A stretch of 64,000 nt of DNA from Blasia pusilla. Taxonomy: Eukaryota. Below are positions 37,172-48,845 of this stretch, piece by piece; positions within the stretch are counted from its first letter, which is position 1; each line of letters begins with the position of its first letter. Under the pieces are notes generated by a model. The model saw nothing but the letters and a program-made list of their open reading frames with translations. It was not told the DNA's origin and made no database searches. The position numbers and the translations under genes are program-made. Location of the stretch: positions 42,036,001 through 42,100,000 of the forward strand of contig CM114271.1 of the NCBI GenBank assembly GCA_050084515.1, given 5' to 3'.

Positions 37172-40100
37172 CCCCCTCCGACTCTCTTAAAACTACGACC
37201 AACACATAGTACATATGCTTACAAGGGAAATACCTTTTGCCACTTGTCTCTCTTTGGACAAAGTCATCACATGAACATGTGCGAAAGCAACAGATGTGCA
37301 CCACATACACCCCTGTGACACTTGAATTTATAGTGTTGTTCCTGACCCAATACATCCTTCCTATTCCATTGCCTCTCAGGACATCTTTTGTGGCGATGAT
37401 CTCCATTTTTGCCTCCCAAGCTGATGCAATTCGCTTTGCTCTCTCCACTCTTGGCCTACACATTCTGTTTCTCTTCACCCCATTTCTAGACTCAAACAGA
37501 AATAGTGGATTGAGATCATCCACCTTCTCCGGGTACATGTTGACATGAATCTTGGGTTGAATACGAAATGCGAAGGTCTCTCTGATGCAAACATGCTCCA
37601 AACTTCCTCCGTCTACAAGTCTGAAACCGGCACTTGTAAGATTTTCCACTTCGTCTTGAGTGCAGTTCGTACCTGCGGCGATGGGCCAAATCGTGGGGGT
37701 ATTCCCCGGAGCTCCAATGGTAGCCGGATAAGACTTCCGGAAAGCACAAGATTCATTTGGGCAGAAGAACTACTTCAATTGATCCCCGGTCCTCGTGAAA
37801 CGATCAAAGGTTTTGAGTCCCCAAAACCCAGGCAGTGGTCGTCCAATCCTTGTACAGTTCTTATTTAGGAAAGTGCCGCATGCTCTCCTAATACCATCAG
37901 ATCCTGCCCTGCAAGTGGGTCCACATGCTAGGTTGCTCCGAGATATATGCCACCGTTTTAGGTTGCAATCCACCTCCATTACCGGAATCCCATATTGTTG
38001 AACCATCCCACCGACCGGATGTTGCGAACTTCCAGCAACGGAGGGCTTTTGAAATAAAAAATTCATTGATTTTGGAGAAGTTACTCCATCAAGGATTTGG
38101 GAGCGGTCCGGGGTCCCCGAATACCTAGGCGGCGTAATTCCTCATCCAAATCAATCAGCGGATTCGTTCCTCGATGCTACCTCTTCACCTGCCTGAAGTC
38201 AAGATACTTATCTGGTCTCCACGGCTCGGACTGCTCTACCACCATCTGTATGGGACGTATTGAAACCCACCCATGAATATCCCCACCAATGTGTATGTCT
38301 TGCTCCATGGGAGTTCCTGCTACGCACCGGTTGAAGGCTTCCACATAGAGTTTTTCATCACCAGATCTCACAGCCGCCTTGACATAGAGCTTGTAGATCG
38401 AAGGCCCCCTTCCTTTTGTTATGCCTTTTGTGAGGAAGATATGGGATGCTGCAGACTGTAGTATTGCTCTTGCCTGGTCTTGTTGGCATGCCTGCATAAG
38501 TGAAATTCGTTGGCATGCTTGTGACGACCTCCAGGAGGAATGAACACTTTCTGCTCCACTTGTGTTGGGGCAGGGGGCATTTTCATGAATGTTCAATCCC
38601 TACAACGACGGCAATGTTAGAAGGGAACGAAAATAGCTCAGAAGTCAAAGAAATAAGCTACCTGTCAGAACCAGACGGGTTGCAAGGCCGAGGCATCCCA
38701 TGAATGACTCTGCGACCCGTCGGGTCCCGACGTGTTGCAACACCCAAGAAACACCTACTACAACCCGTCCGATTCCGACGAGTTGCAAAAACCTTTGGCC
38801 ACTCCGGGCTGGAAGATCCAAGTGCAAGTCATCCGAAACCCATCCGGGTCAAACTATTTGCAAGCCTTGTATACATGCAACTTGCATACTTGTATACGGG
38901 TTGCACCAAAATTCTGGATGCAACCCGTTGGTTTCCGACTGGTTGCACACTCAAGCAACCCATCCGTTTCCAACGGGTGCACACTCGGGCAACCCGTTGC
39001 ATCCGAAAAATTGCTTGGTTTCTTTGGTTTGAAATCCCTATAGTTCCCACGCTTCTCAACTTGAGCTGCAACTTTTCAAACAATTCTCAACGTGAGCTTG
39101 ACAAGACGAAATAGTGAACTCACCCGGCCGCATGAGGTTCCCCATTGTCTCATACGTACAATCCACCAACTCAACCAAGAGCACAACTCTTTGTACTTCC
39201 CCTCAATTGCATGCTTCCTCCACCACCCATGAAGTTATTCTTGGCATTCCATGGCATGTTTCAAGGTTTTGCTGTCCTTGCAGCGTTGGAGTAAAGTGAC
39301 ATGCTCTGTCCTCTTATTCTCCTTGATGCAAGATTTGGTGTACCGGGTCACAGACTGTTGCCAATGGAAAGCATCCGACCTTTCCCTCTCCGGTTGAACC
39401 TCTCTACCCAGAACACTTCCCTGATAGCAATCCACCCAGGTTGTGCATTGTCCGCCAGGAACCCATAAATTTCCGGAGGTGGCCTTTTGTTTTCCTTCAT
39501 CACCTCCAATAAGAGTAACCAGTACATCTTCAAACTACCAACGTCTTCTGCTTTTACTTCATAGACAAATATAGCTTTGAGTCCCTTCTCCACATGGTCA
39601 TAAACGTGAGCACCCATTGTCAACCATCCGTTCAGCACTGTGTAGCAAATATCAAAGCTTATCCAACTGCCGTAAAGATCTTCCTCTTCCCTCATTCGAT
39701 CTATAAGATCGAGGGCACTCGACGGACTTGTGGTTGACATTTTGAAGACATAGGCCCTGGATCCCTGGCCTCCCTGGCCCATGAATTGCCATCTCTGAAT
39801 GAATGGAAATGTGGAGTTGGCCTTGATTCTGGCAATGACATCCATTTCGGCCGTCTTTCCATCCAGTACCCGTATTTGACGCAACAAATTCCGAAGCATT
39901 CAGGATTAGCGAGAAATGCGAGATTTTCCCATAGTTGTTTCTCCTCAGCAACTGTGATCTCGCCATGTCTAGGGATTCCAAGAAATTGTTCACAAATTTG
40001 TGATGTTGTTGTGAGCTTGATCACTCCGGGCTTTGAACCCGGAGAATTTCTGTAGACCTCGCCAACTTTCTTTGCCACATCCTCCTTGATGTGTCTCTGA

Positions 40101-41126
40101 ATTGCATCGGTCACAGGATGAGTGTGGGAGCCAACCCCAGCCTTGTGTACTCTGACGTGGAGCCCAAGTCGTGGACAATGAAAAATATGTATGCAGAACA
40201 CGCTCCAACGCAGAAGGGGGATGCCTGACAATGAGGACATCGATGGCCTCCCGGCGGTATGGTGGCACCAACCTCATATGGAGTTTCTGCATTCTTGGGG
40301 GGGAATTGCGACATATTGACTCGCCCGTTGCGCTCTAGTACAAGCATGCTTGACTTCTACACTCCAAGGCTCCAACGGATTTTCGGCGGGAGACAATCCA
40401 AGGACCATCTCGAATTGAAGCACTAGTCCGTTGAAGCCTGCACCATCGATGACAATCAGACTTTCTGTCCACACCCTTCAAGCGTCCTCCATCTTTCTTT
40501 TGAGCAGGAGCAGCAAGTGGAGGCAACTCAAAAATGCAATTACCATTGTACGTGGGCGGCAGCTCATCGACAAGAATGTGCTTGAACATTTTTAAGGCTA
40601 GAGACGATAGCAAACTATTGCCTGATACTCGCAAGAGGAACGAGTAGGCGGACAAAGGGCCCGGTTGGTGTCCGACAGATCCACTGAGGTTGACAACATC
40701 CGGAATATCTTCAAGAAGTACAACATTGTTACGAGCGTGTGAAGTTGGAGTCAAAGCCGGATCTACTGAGCTAAGAGTTGCAAACATAGAGCTCGGCGCA
40801 CTAGGAAATTCTCGACCGTCTACTTGGGAAACAAAGGAATTGAGGGGCAAGCCGTTAACTCTATATTGACCATTTGCTAGAGGTAGGAGATTCCATACTT
40901 TACGGTCTGCAATCACTGGCTAGACTGTCTCACCTATTATGTCCTCCGTACCATCCATCCTAACATCCTTGGATACAAAGATGGTTCCAATTTGGAGAAG
41001 AAATCGAACTGAGAGAAAATTTTCATCCACTGCTATGAAAGACTCATGAGCTTGCGGTCGAACGATTTCTGATTGAGGAAGGGCCGCTAGATGACTGCCA
41101 CAAGTGAGCTTCACATAATTATCCAT
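37172..41126 (-). pseudogene. Second, distinct MULE-type DDE transposase with C-terminal SWIM (frameshifted, 3'-truncated)
   Basis: Cys/His N-terminal region (...HTHPV). Core WISFD, FLADNA, DAFHW and TSGAESVH. SWIM CSCDDF...CKHMYYV. Probable intron at ~38600-39110. Confidence 0.75.
38657..39014. repeat. Intronic array (~9 units) of palindrome TGCAACCCGTCGG-N3-CCGACGGGTTGCA
   Basis: Units near 38657, 38711, 38759, 38876, 38919, 38956 and 38989, plus degenerate ones. Confidence 0.85.
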
Positions 41127-41281
41127 TCGTAGAAGATTCCACGAGAGGAGACAGAGAATTGTTATGAGAATGAGAATGTTTAATTTATAGTGAATAGAGA
41201 CTCAGATTCTCCTGACAAAATTTGACTGCCAAGATGAAGTTTGGTAGGTTAAAATGTCTGACACAATGGATTCAATTTTGT

Positions 41282-42220
41282 TGCAACCTGTCGGAGTCAG
41301 GTGGGTTGCAGAATTTGGGATTCAAAGACGTTGGTTGCGAAGCATGCACTTCTTTTTTTTGGAACCTGTCGGAGTCCGTTGGGTTGGTACCCCCTTCTTG
41401 CCGACTAAAGGTCTTTTGAGTCGATTTTGCTAGCATCAAACACAAGATATCGCTTGCATATGCTAAGGCAACCAATCCTTGGGGACTTTTGCAGGATTGT
41501 CAAACTCAGGGTAGATCTTATGACCCGTCGGATTGCAATGGGTTGCCTCGAAACTATGCGTTGTCGCATTGTTACCCGAGGGATAGAAAAGCGTGCAACC
41601 TGTCGATAACCGACGGGTTGCCCTGGTACCTTGCCTATTAACCCAAGATAAGTTAAGCGTGCAACCCGTCGGCTTTGGACGGGTTGCACGCTTCTGCCTC
41701 ACCTTGTAACGCTAACATGAAGGAAGCGTGCAACCCGTCGATCTCCGACGAGTTGCACGGGTGCCGTGCCTTCTTGCCCGAAGATGGCGAAGGCGCGCAA
41801 CCCATCGGCCTTAGATGGGTTGCGCAATTGCCTCACCTTGTAAAACTTACATTAAGGAAGCGTGCAACCCGTCGACCTCAGACGGGTTGCGCAAGTGCCT
41901 CGCCTTGTAGCGCTTACATGAAGGAAGCATGCAACCTGTCGGCCTCCAACGAGTTGCACGGGAAGCCCGCCTTGTTATCCCAAGATGAGGGAAGCGTGCA
42001 ACCCACCGAATCCGACGGGTTGCACGGGTACCTCGCATTCTTGTCCAAAGACGTCATAGGCGCGCAACCTGTCGGTCTCTGACGGGTTGCATGGGAACCT
42101 TGTGTTCTTGTCCGAAGACGGAGGAGGCGCGCAACCTGTCGGTCTCTGACGGTTTGCCATGAGGACGGATGCCTTGAACCCTCAAGAAGCGTGCAACCTG
42201 TCGAAGCCTTTGGGTTGGTG
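41282..42220. repeat. Regularly spaced array (~13 units) of a ~34-bp palindrome with ~33-bp variable linkers
   Basis: GCGTGCAACCCGTCG...GACGGGTTGCACG at ~41591, 41657, 41726, 41793, 41860, 41927, 41994, 42060, 42127 and 42189 (period ~67), plus degenerate units at 41282, 41361 and 41521. Confidence 0.92.
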
Positions 42221-42305
42221 TTTTTCACATCCAGACTTCCATAACGGCCGGCACGTCGTCGTTGGAAGGACGATGCGACCCAACGGTAAGCCCAACGGCT
42301 CGAAA

Positions 42306-42314
42306 AGTATAAAT
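42306..42314 (+). promoter_or_regulatory. Candidate TATA box for the plus-strand accessory ORF
   Basis: GTATAAATA lies right after the palindrome array and ~270 bp before ATG 42578. Confidence 0.4.
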
Positions 42315-42577
42315 AGGGGAAGGTTCGCTCATTTCCGGTTTTTCGTTTCGCGATCTCAATTGCTCTTCCGCATAGCAGCTGACCAGATACCAAGGGATGC
42401 TTTACACGGTGACTCATCGTGAGACGATTCGAGCAAACGATCGCGAGATGATTAGAGCTACTCATCAAGATGACTCATCGCGACATCAGCAAGGTGACTC
42501 ATCAAGGCGATTCCTCGAGCCAATTCATCGTGCATAGAGAGCAATTTCCTTGTCCATAGGAGGCATTTTCAGGAACA

Positions 42578-43445
42578 ATGACGAGGAAAAAATCTCAAGC
42601 AAACAAGGCTGGGAGCTTCACTCCCTAGTCCATGAGGACTCCTCCGTCACCATCTCCAGGGCCTCAGTCCGCCAATGAGATAAGGCAGCAAGAAATCGAG
42701 GAGCGGGAAAGGGAAGCAGAGATGCACAAGCATGAGCTTCTTGCAAAACGTGTAAATGAGGCGCTCGAAAAACAGAACGCAGAGGCTGAGGCGTCGCAGG
42801 CCTTGAAGAAAAGGATGGCCGACGAAAAGCGTGAAAAGAAGCGTCTAGATGCGTTGGTGAGGAGAGCAGAATTGGCAAAAGCTCGGAGGGAAAAAGCAAT
42901 TGCCATTGAAGAAAGCCCTGCCTGTCCAACCGAAAGTGTTGAGATGCAGGAAATGTCCCCGATGAAGTCCGGGGACACAATCAATATAGCGGAAACGGCC
43001 GAAGTTCAAGTGACGGACGATGAGGTCATGAAGACCGCCAGCGTGGAGATGGTGGACATCGCTCAAGAAGCATGAGAGCGGTCATCCTTGTCTCTAAGCC
43101 CGGCGGAAGAAATCGACCTCTATCGGATCGACGAGTTTCCAGTGGACTTGCCAACTGCTATCCCAGATCAATTGGCTGGCCAAGACACCGACCCAATCTT
43201 CGAGCGGGTAAGAGAGGATCTGTGTTCTTTGAATTATGTGAAGGCCCATGTTGCAATTCATTGGCAATTCAATGTAGCTTATTGACCTCGTCCCCGTTGT
43301 GACAGATGGTAAAGCAGATGGCACTGATGGAGGGCCAAACGCCCCAAGAATTCCACTTTTCTGATTGCGAACAATGGAGTACGTCCGCGAAATTCAGTGT
43401 GACGAGGATATTGCGAAGCTAAAACAATCGGCAGCGACAGTGTAA
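42578..43445 (+). pseudogene. Coiled-coil accessory ORF, divergent from the second transposase
   Basis: One frame runs from ATG 42578 through 42632..43075 and 43088..43285, broken only by single stop codons. E/K/R-rich coiled coil. The 3' end is approximate. Confidence 0.6.
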
Positions 43446-44188
43446 TGTCTAAGTGTTTCTTATTTACAGTTAATTGTAGAGTTCGATCCCCAAGAGGATC
43501 ATTGTTGGATGAAAAGAGAGTATAAGGTGATGATTATGTTGTAAAAGGGTAATTGATTATGTAATTCAATTGTAGTATTCCAGTATCAGCTTCCGATCCT
43601 TCTTAGTACCTATGTTTTCTTCTTCAATTCTCTCGAGTGGAGTTTAAAGGACGCTCAGGCAATTTTTTCTCTCATCATCTCGGAACCTCACAGAGACCTC
43701 AAGAATAAAGCTGGCTTCTCCTACTTTCGGAACTCAATCTGTCGGGGCAGGTTACTCTCTGTCAAACAGATTTCATACAACTTTATATTGATTATTCCAT
43801 TGATGAGAAAGGATCGTCTGATTCACTCTTCACTCGGCAGATCCAAAAAGAATGTTCAGACATAAGCATCGCACATCAGAATGAATGAATGAATGCTTTA
43901 CTACTCCATCAAGAATTGGAAGACTTCAAAGTATCTACAAGCTCGAGAGGGTATAACTCTCTTGCTCGGACCATTCCTACAGCATAAGGACGTCATGAGC
44001 GAATGATGCTAATAGCTTCTGTCCTGTTTCTTAAATATTCTCGAGGGTAGGATCGCTTCTATGATCCGAAGCGTTCTTGATGAAGGGTGTGTCTTTTCAA
44101 TATCTGTAACTACCTAGATCTATGGTTCTCTTAGCTTTTCCTACGATCCCTATGAATCCGCGGTACAAAACTGTCCTAACTACCAATT

Positions 44189-44542
44189 TGATACAAAGGG
44201 TCGCGCCCTTTCCTAGTCTAATTGTTTAAACTATGTGTCGATGCAAATCTCAATCATGCTGAGCTTCGCTGCGCTAAATTTCCGGAGGACGAAGTTCTTC
44301 CTTCTTCTTCGTGCTTCGTGCTTCGCTCTTCGTGCTTCGCTGAGCTTTTATACTTCTTTACAGCTTTTGATTCTCCTCTAAAGCAAATCCTTGATCTTGA
44401 TCTCTCTGCCTTGTCTTCGGAGCTTGGTGATTCACTTATTCTTCTTCATAATAATAGATAATCATAATCAAAATCATAATATACAAGAGTCTTCGTTGAA
44501 TAAAAAGATATATTCTTCAAGATTACAAAATTGTGGGTATCA
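44189..44542 (-). mobile_element. LTR (354 bp) of a non-chromoviral Ty3/gypsy element
   Basis: TGATAC...GTATCA inverted termini. On the minus strand it is preceded by PPT GAGGGAGGGGG and followed by AATTGGTAG (PBS-like). Confidence 0.8.
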
Positions 44543-44712
44543 CATACCCCCTCCCTCAAATGTGAGCCGCCCCGGCGAACACTTCATGATGTATCTGCTA
44601 TCTCCATAAATGTGTCGTCTAAATTATGAAATTCAGGGGTAGGCACCAAACGGCCATGAATCGTAGAAGGTTTGTTGATAATGTTAGGGGTATGATTGCG
44701 CATTCTTTCTCG

Positions 44713-46204
44713 CTACTTGTTAACAACTAAGTGACTCCCGAGGACCTCATTCTGGACTAAGACATCAGATGGAGTGAATGCTGGTAATTCTTCAAGAGTA
44801 ATGGAAAGAGTGGGTACTACTTCTGGAAGAGATTTAGTATGATTGTCGAATTGGCGCTTCCAATGTTTGTTGATGTAGTCGATTTCCTCTTTCATCTGCT
44901 CTTCGAAGTTCTTGCTTGCTTCGTCGACCAGTTCTTTGACATCGTCCGGATCCATCTGGGCTTCGTTGAGTAGCTTCTGCTCTGCCTCCAAGACTGCGAT
45001 CCTCCCGGTAGCCTCCGTCCACTGTGCTAGTAAGTCTTTGTTCGCTTCTTGATGTTCTTGAAGCGGCCAAGACTCAAAGATCTTTCGGATCGACAACTTC
45101 TTGAATTCGGTTTGAACCTGCTGTATCTGATGTCGATACTTGTCAAGGAGGTGCGAAGCGTCCTTGATCTGCGAAACTAACTGATCCGCCCCACATTCGA
45201 GGTTAAGCGCCAAACTTTCCCATTGGCATGCGTTGCGTGCCAGACTAACACCGACCAAGTCGCTCCGAGTTTTGCGGGCGTGGTGCGCGTTTCTTCGAGT
45301 TCCTGGTTCCGTGATTTGCGATTCATTTCGCTCCTCGACGCCATGCCGTGGTCTCGGCGAAGATTGGGCTCTGCAATTGAGGTGGTGCAAGCCTTCTAAA
45401 TAATCGTCCACGGACGCCGTATCCTCGAGTTGAAGAACCCGCTGGAGTTGGTTCATGACGGGAACTGCCAATTGCAAGAACCACATCATGTCGTCTGCCG
45501 TTTGCGACATGAGACGAAGCGTAGGTTGATGATCCCTTGCCCGCGGGGTCTCGTCGGAATCCTCCTGCATGACAGGTTCTGGGTCCGGGGGTGATTCAAA
45601 ATTGACCCGGCCTCGCTTTGGCGAGGCATTTCGTTGATAGCCGTCTTTCTTCAAAGCCGGTGTGCGGATGTTCCGAGGTGCTTCGGAGGGCGGGGTGACT
45701 TCGCGGCTACCCCTGGTACTAGTTGCGCCTTTCCGTGGTAGTCGGACGGGGTCACTTACGACGCCTAACGCCTCCTCTGCGGTCAATTCACCTTGTGAAT
45801 ATAAAGGTGAATCAAGAAAGGAGAGAGGAAGGACTTCGTGCTTGGATGAAGCACGCCCACCATTCCTCGATGCGTGCCCGCCCACAAAGCAGCAAAGTCA
45901 ACTCCTGGGGCTTCGGGGTCAAGGTGTTGATTCCAGATGATGTAGCACATCTTCAAGATCTTGTTCGCCGATAGTAAGAACGAGCGGATAAAATAGGTCA
46001 TCGATGTTTGCAAAATCGACCAAAGACGGGCGGAGAGAGTGAAGCCTTGTAGCCGTTTTCGCCAGCGCCAGGCGTGATACACGAAAGTGCTAAAAGATCT
46101 TCATGTTTGACGAGCAACTCCGTGTCATACTCGTACTCGGGCGCGGCCGAGAGCGAATAGGTTGCTCTCGCCGTCCGCCGTCGGTGTTGAAATGAGCTCG
46201 ACAT
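44713..46204 (-). CDS. Extra ORF between integrase and PPT (390-aa open part, coiled coil; probably ~500 aa with two frameshifts)
   Basis: Open frame 44713..45885 with overlapping upstream frames 45783..46082 and 45998..46207. Same sense as pol. Confidence 0.65.
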
Positions 46205-46849
46205 CAAGACCCTTCTTTCAAAATTTGGCGATCAGAGACGCCGGCTTAAGCTTGCCAGGAGTTTCGTGATGTTAGAGTCCGCTTGGCTTGAAAGAAAGTT
46301 GCCAACGATCGCTCCTCCGGTGCTTCGATCAGCCGGTGATGTTTTTTGACCGTCGGCATCGCCGCCCGAGAATGGGTGTGGCGTCTTCGCGAGGCATGTT
46401 GCTAGGTTGATCTCGATGGACACCGCGCTTTGGCCTACTACGCAACCGTGGTGATCCGTCCATGAAAATACCCGCTGGGTACGCCAGATCGCTCTTATAG
46501 TCCGCTCCCCCGTCCGTTCTTGGTCGGGCGCCGAGGTCAGAATAACAAGAAAGTGGGCGCTTGCGGCCGCCACGCCCCTTCCTATCTTCCTCGCGCTCGC
46601 CGCTTCGCGAAGCATGGGCCGTCTGGAACCTCGGTGCTTCGCTACTGCCAAGCTAACTCTTGATATTTTGAACTTCGTAGCCGCTACTGCCGGGCATCAG
46701 ATATCTTCGTGCCTCGTCGAACCTCGCTGAAGCACAAGATATCTTCTATGCCTCGTAATCTTTGAAACGGTATATCTTCTATGCCTCGTAACGCACGGGC
46801 GTTCGCCTACCCCCTTCCTCATGTTTGATCATCCTCAAGTTCGGGCTCA

Positions 46850-48056
46850 TAATACCGGCCAAGACATGCATTCCGTTGACTCGCGTGGGCAAAGGATTCT
46901 CCCGTAAGGTTTCTAATTGAGGGATCCATTATCATAGATGGCCAATACCGGTAGGGTCCCATCCAATTTAATTTTAATTTTCCGGGAACTTTAGTCGGTT
47001 ATCATACAATAGCACTAAGTCGCCAACATTGATAGATTGTGGCCGGAGATGTCGATCGTAACGTTTCTTACGTTCTTTTTGCACTTGGGTTGTCCGTCGT
47101 AACGCGAGCATGCGTGCTTCTTCCAACTCCACTAGAGTCTCATTCCTGTGTTCGATAACTTCGTCCGCAGCTTCCGTTCTTGTGCCCTCCAATACCCGGT
47201 AAGTGGGCAACGCCCATTGAATAGGTGTTAAGGGATGTACGCCATACGTCAAGAAGAACGGGGTGTAGTTTGTCGTCACCTTCTCAGCTATTCGGTACGC
47301 CCATAAGGCTGGGGCAATTTTTGTGTCCCAATCATAGGAATAGGTTACCGTTAATCGATTCAATATTCGGCAAATGAGGCCGTTCGATTTTTCCGTCAAC
47401 CCGTTGGCTTTAGGGTTGTAGGGAGTGGTTTTCGATGCTTAATGAGAAAGTGGGAAGTGAGAGACTCAATAGTCTGGTTCGGAAGTCGTCCCGGTCACCG
47501 ACTAGTTCCAACGGACGACCATAACGCGTGATAATCATCTCGTATAAAAACTTAGCCATGCTTTCACATGTCATCTTTCCGCGTGGCTACCGCTTCAACC
47601 ATCTTAGTACAATAGTCCGTGGCGATAAGAATATACTTCCGCCGGGTTTGGCGAGTGGCCTGGGAGATAGGGCCTACGAAGTCAATGCCCCATTTTTCAA
47701 AGGGAGCTAGGGGCATGATGGGGACCAAAGGCCACCGTAGTCGCTGTGGGTCGACTGCCGCCTTTTGACAGGCATCACAACTCCGAATAAAATTACCTTC
47801 GTCTTTGTACATAGTCGGCCACCAATATCGTGCGGCCAAAATTTTCTTCACGGTATTTTTTACCGCATAGTGTCCACCGGAATTAGCCATATGCAGAGCT
47901 GTGATGACCTGGGGAACCTCTTCAGCTTCCAAGCATCTTCGATGCTCTTCATCAGCACCTAATTTGAATAAGACCCCTTGACAGAGCTCGTAAGGGCCTA
48001 TCCGATGTAAAAAAACTGCGCGTTCTTCCGCTGTCATCGGGGCAGGAAGTCGCAGA
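46850..48056 (-). pseudogene. Ty3/gypsy integrase (Athila/Tat-like lineage)
   Basis: HMANSGGH...YWWPTM...CDACQ (HHCC), FEKWGIDFVGP, ATDYCTKMVEA, NGLTEKSN, ALWAYR, TPFFLTYG and a GPY motif. Frameshifts near 47400-47560. Confidence 0.92.
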
Positions 48057-48445
48057 GTCATGTAGGAATCTGGACAGACCGTTCACCTTCTTGTGGCCTT
48101 TCTCAGTAGTCTTCTTGATGTGTGCATCCCATATGCAATCTTCCGAGAATTCTATGCCCAGATAGATGTAGGTAGCCACATGGGGGATCTCTTGGTCACC
48201 CCAAAGACCACTTTGTTGGTCTTGGTCCTCCTCCTTGCCATTGAAAATCATCACACCGCACTTCAGGACATTTGCCTCCATGCCCCACATGTCACACCAG
48301 ATTTTGGTCAGGGAGATCATCTCTTGGAGTTTCTCTCCTGTTTCCTCGAGGCCACCAAAGTCATCAGCAAACATGAGGGCAAAAATAGAGTTGTTGCCCA
48401 CCCGTATGCCTAGTCCACTATCCTCCATTTCTTCCAATAGGGAAT

Positions 48446-48450
<5 letters not shown>
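48057..48450 (-). mobile_element. LINE 5' part (RT core), partner of 36108-37171
   Basis: ALMFADD...LQEMI...NVLKC...YIYLGI...KVNGLSRFLHD joins in frame to ITSEVKR at 37168. 5'-truncated at an (AG)14 run. Confidence 0.88.
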
Positions 48451-48478
<28 letters not shown>

Positions 48479-48510
48479 TTAATTCTCTCTTTGTTGAATC
48501 TCTTTTGAAT

Positions 48511-48845
48511 TTCATGTGGAAAAAGTCTGTGTCTGCAGACATATCCATGTTCGTGGACTTATGTAAATCCTAGGGAAAGATTTATCTATGTAGGCCCCAT
48601 CCCCCTCTTCTTTCTCTTCCCCTCTATTTTCTCTGTGATCTGGACTTTCTCATTTCTTTCTCCCTCCATCTCCACTCCCTCCCCCCTTATTAATTGCCTC
48701 GCCCGCTTGTGCATTGTCTAAGTTATCTTCCACCATGAGCTATAAGCATGGCACCACCTCTTGCAATGCATGTCCGTGCACATGTCCAAACTTGTACATC
48801 CATGTTTGTCCTAGGGATAGACTTGTCCATTTTTGTGCAACCATG
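48511..48845 (+). mobile_element. Partial hAT-type MITE (left TIR lost)
   Basis: Homologous to 1816-2132 and ends TTTTTGTGCAACCATG. Confidence 0.7.

Noticed and set aside
41591-41700. Palindrome arm GTGCAACC equals part of the hAT MITE TIR
   Set aside because: Only 8 bp are shared, with no TSDs or MITE internal sequence. Likely coincidence.
41282-42220. True CRISPR array
   Set aside because: The linkers are related to each other (two or three classes), the repeats are degenerate, there are no cas genes, and the context is eukaryotic.
47952-48548. 198-aa ORF as a single gene
   Set aside because: Artificial fusion of MITE/LTR sequence, an (AG)n run, LINE RT and out-of-frame integrase.
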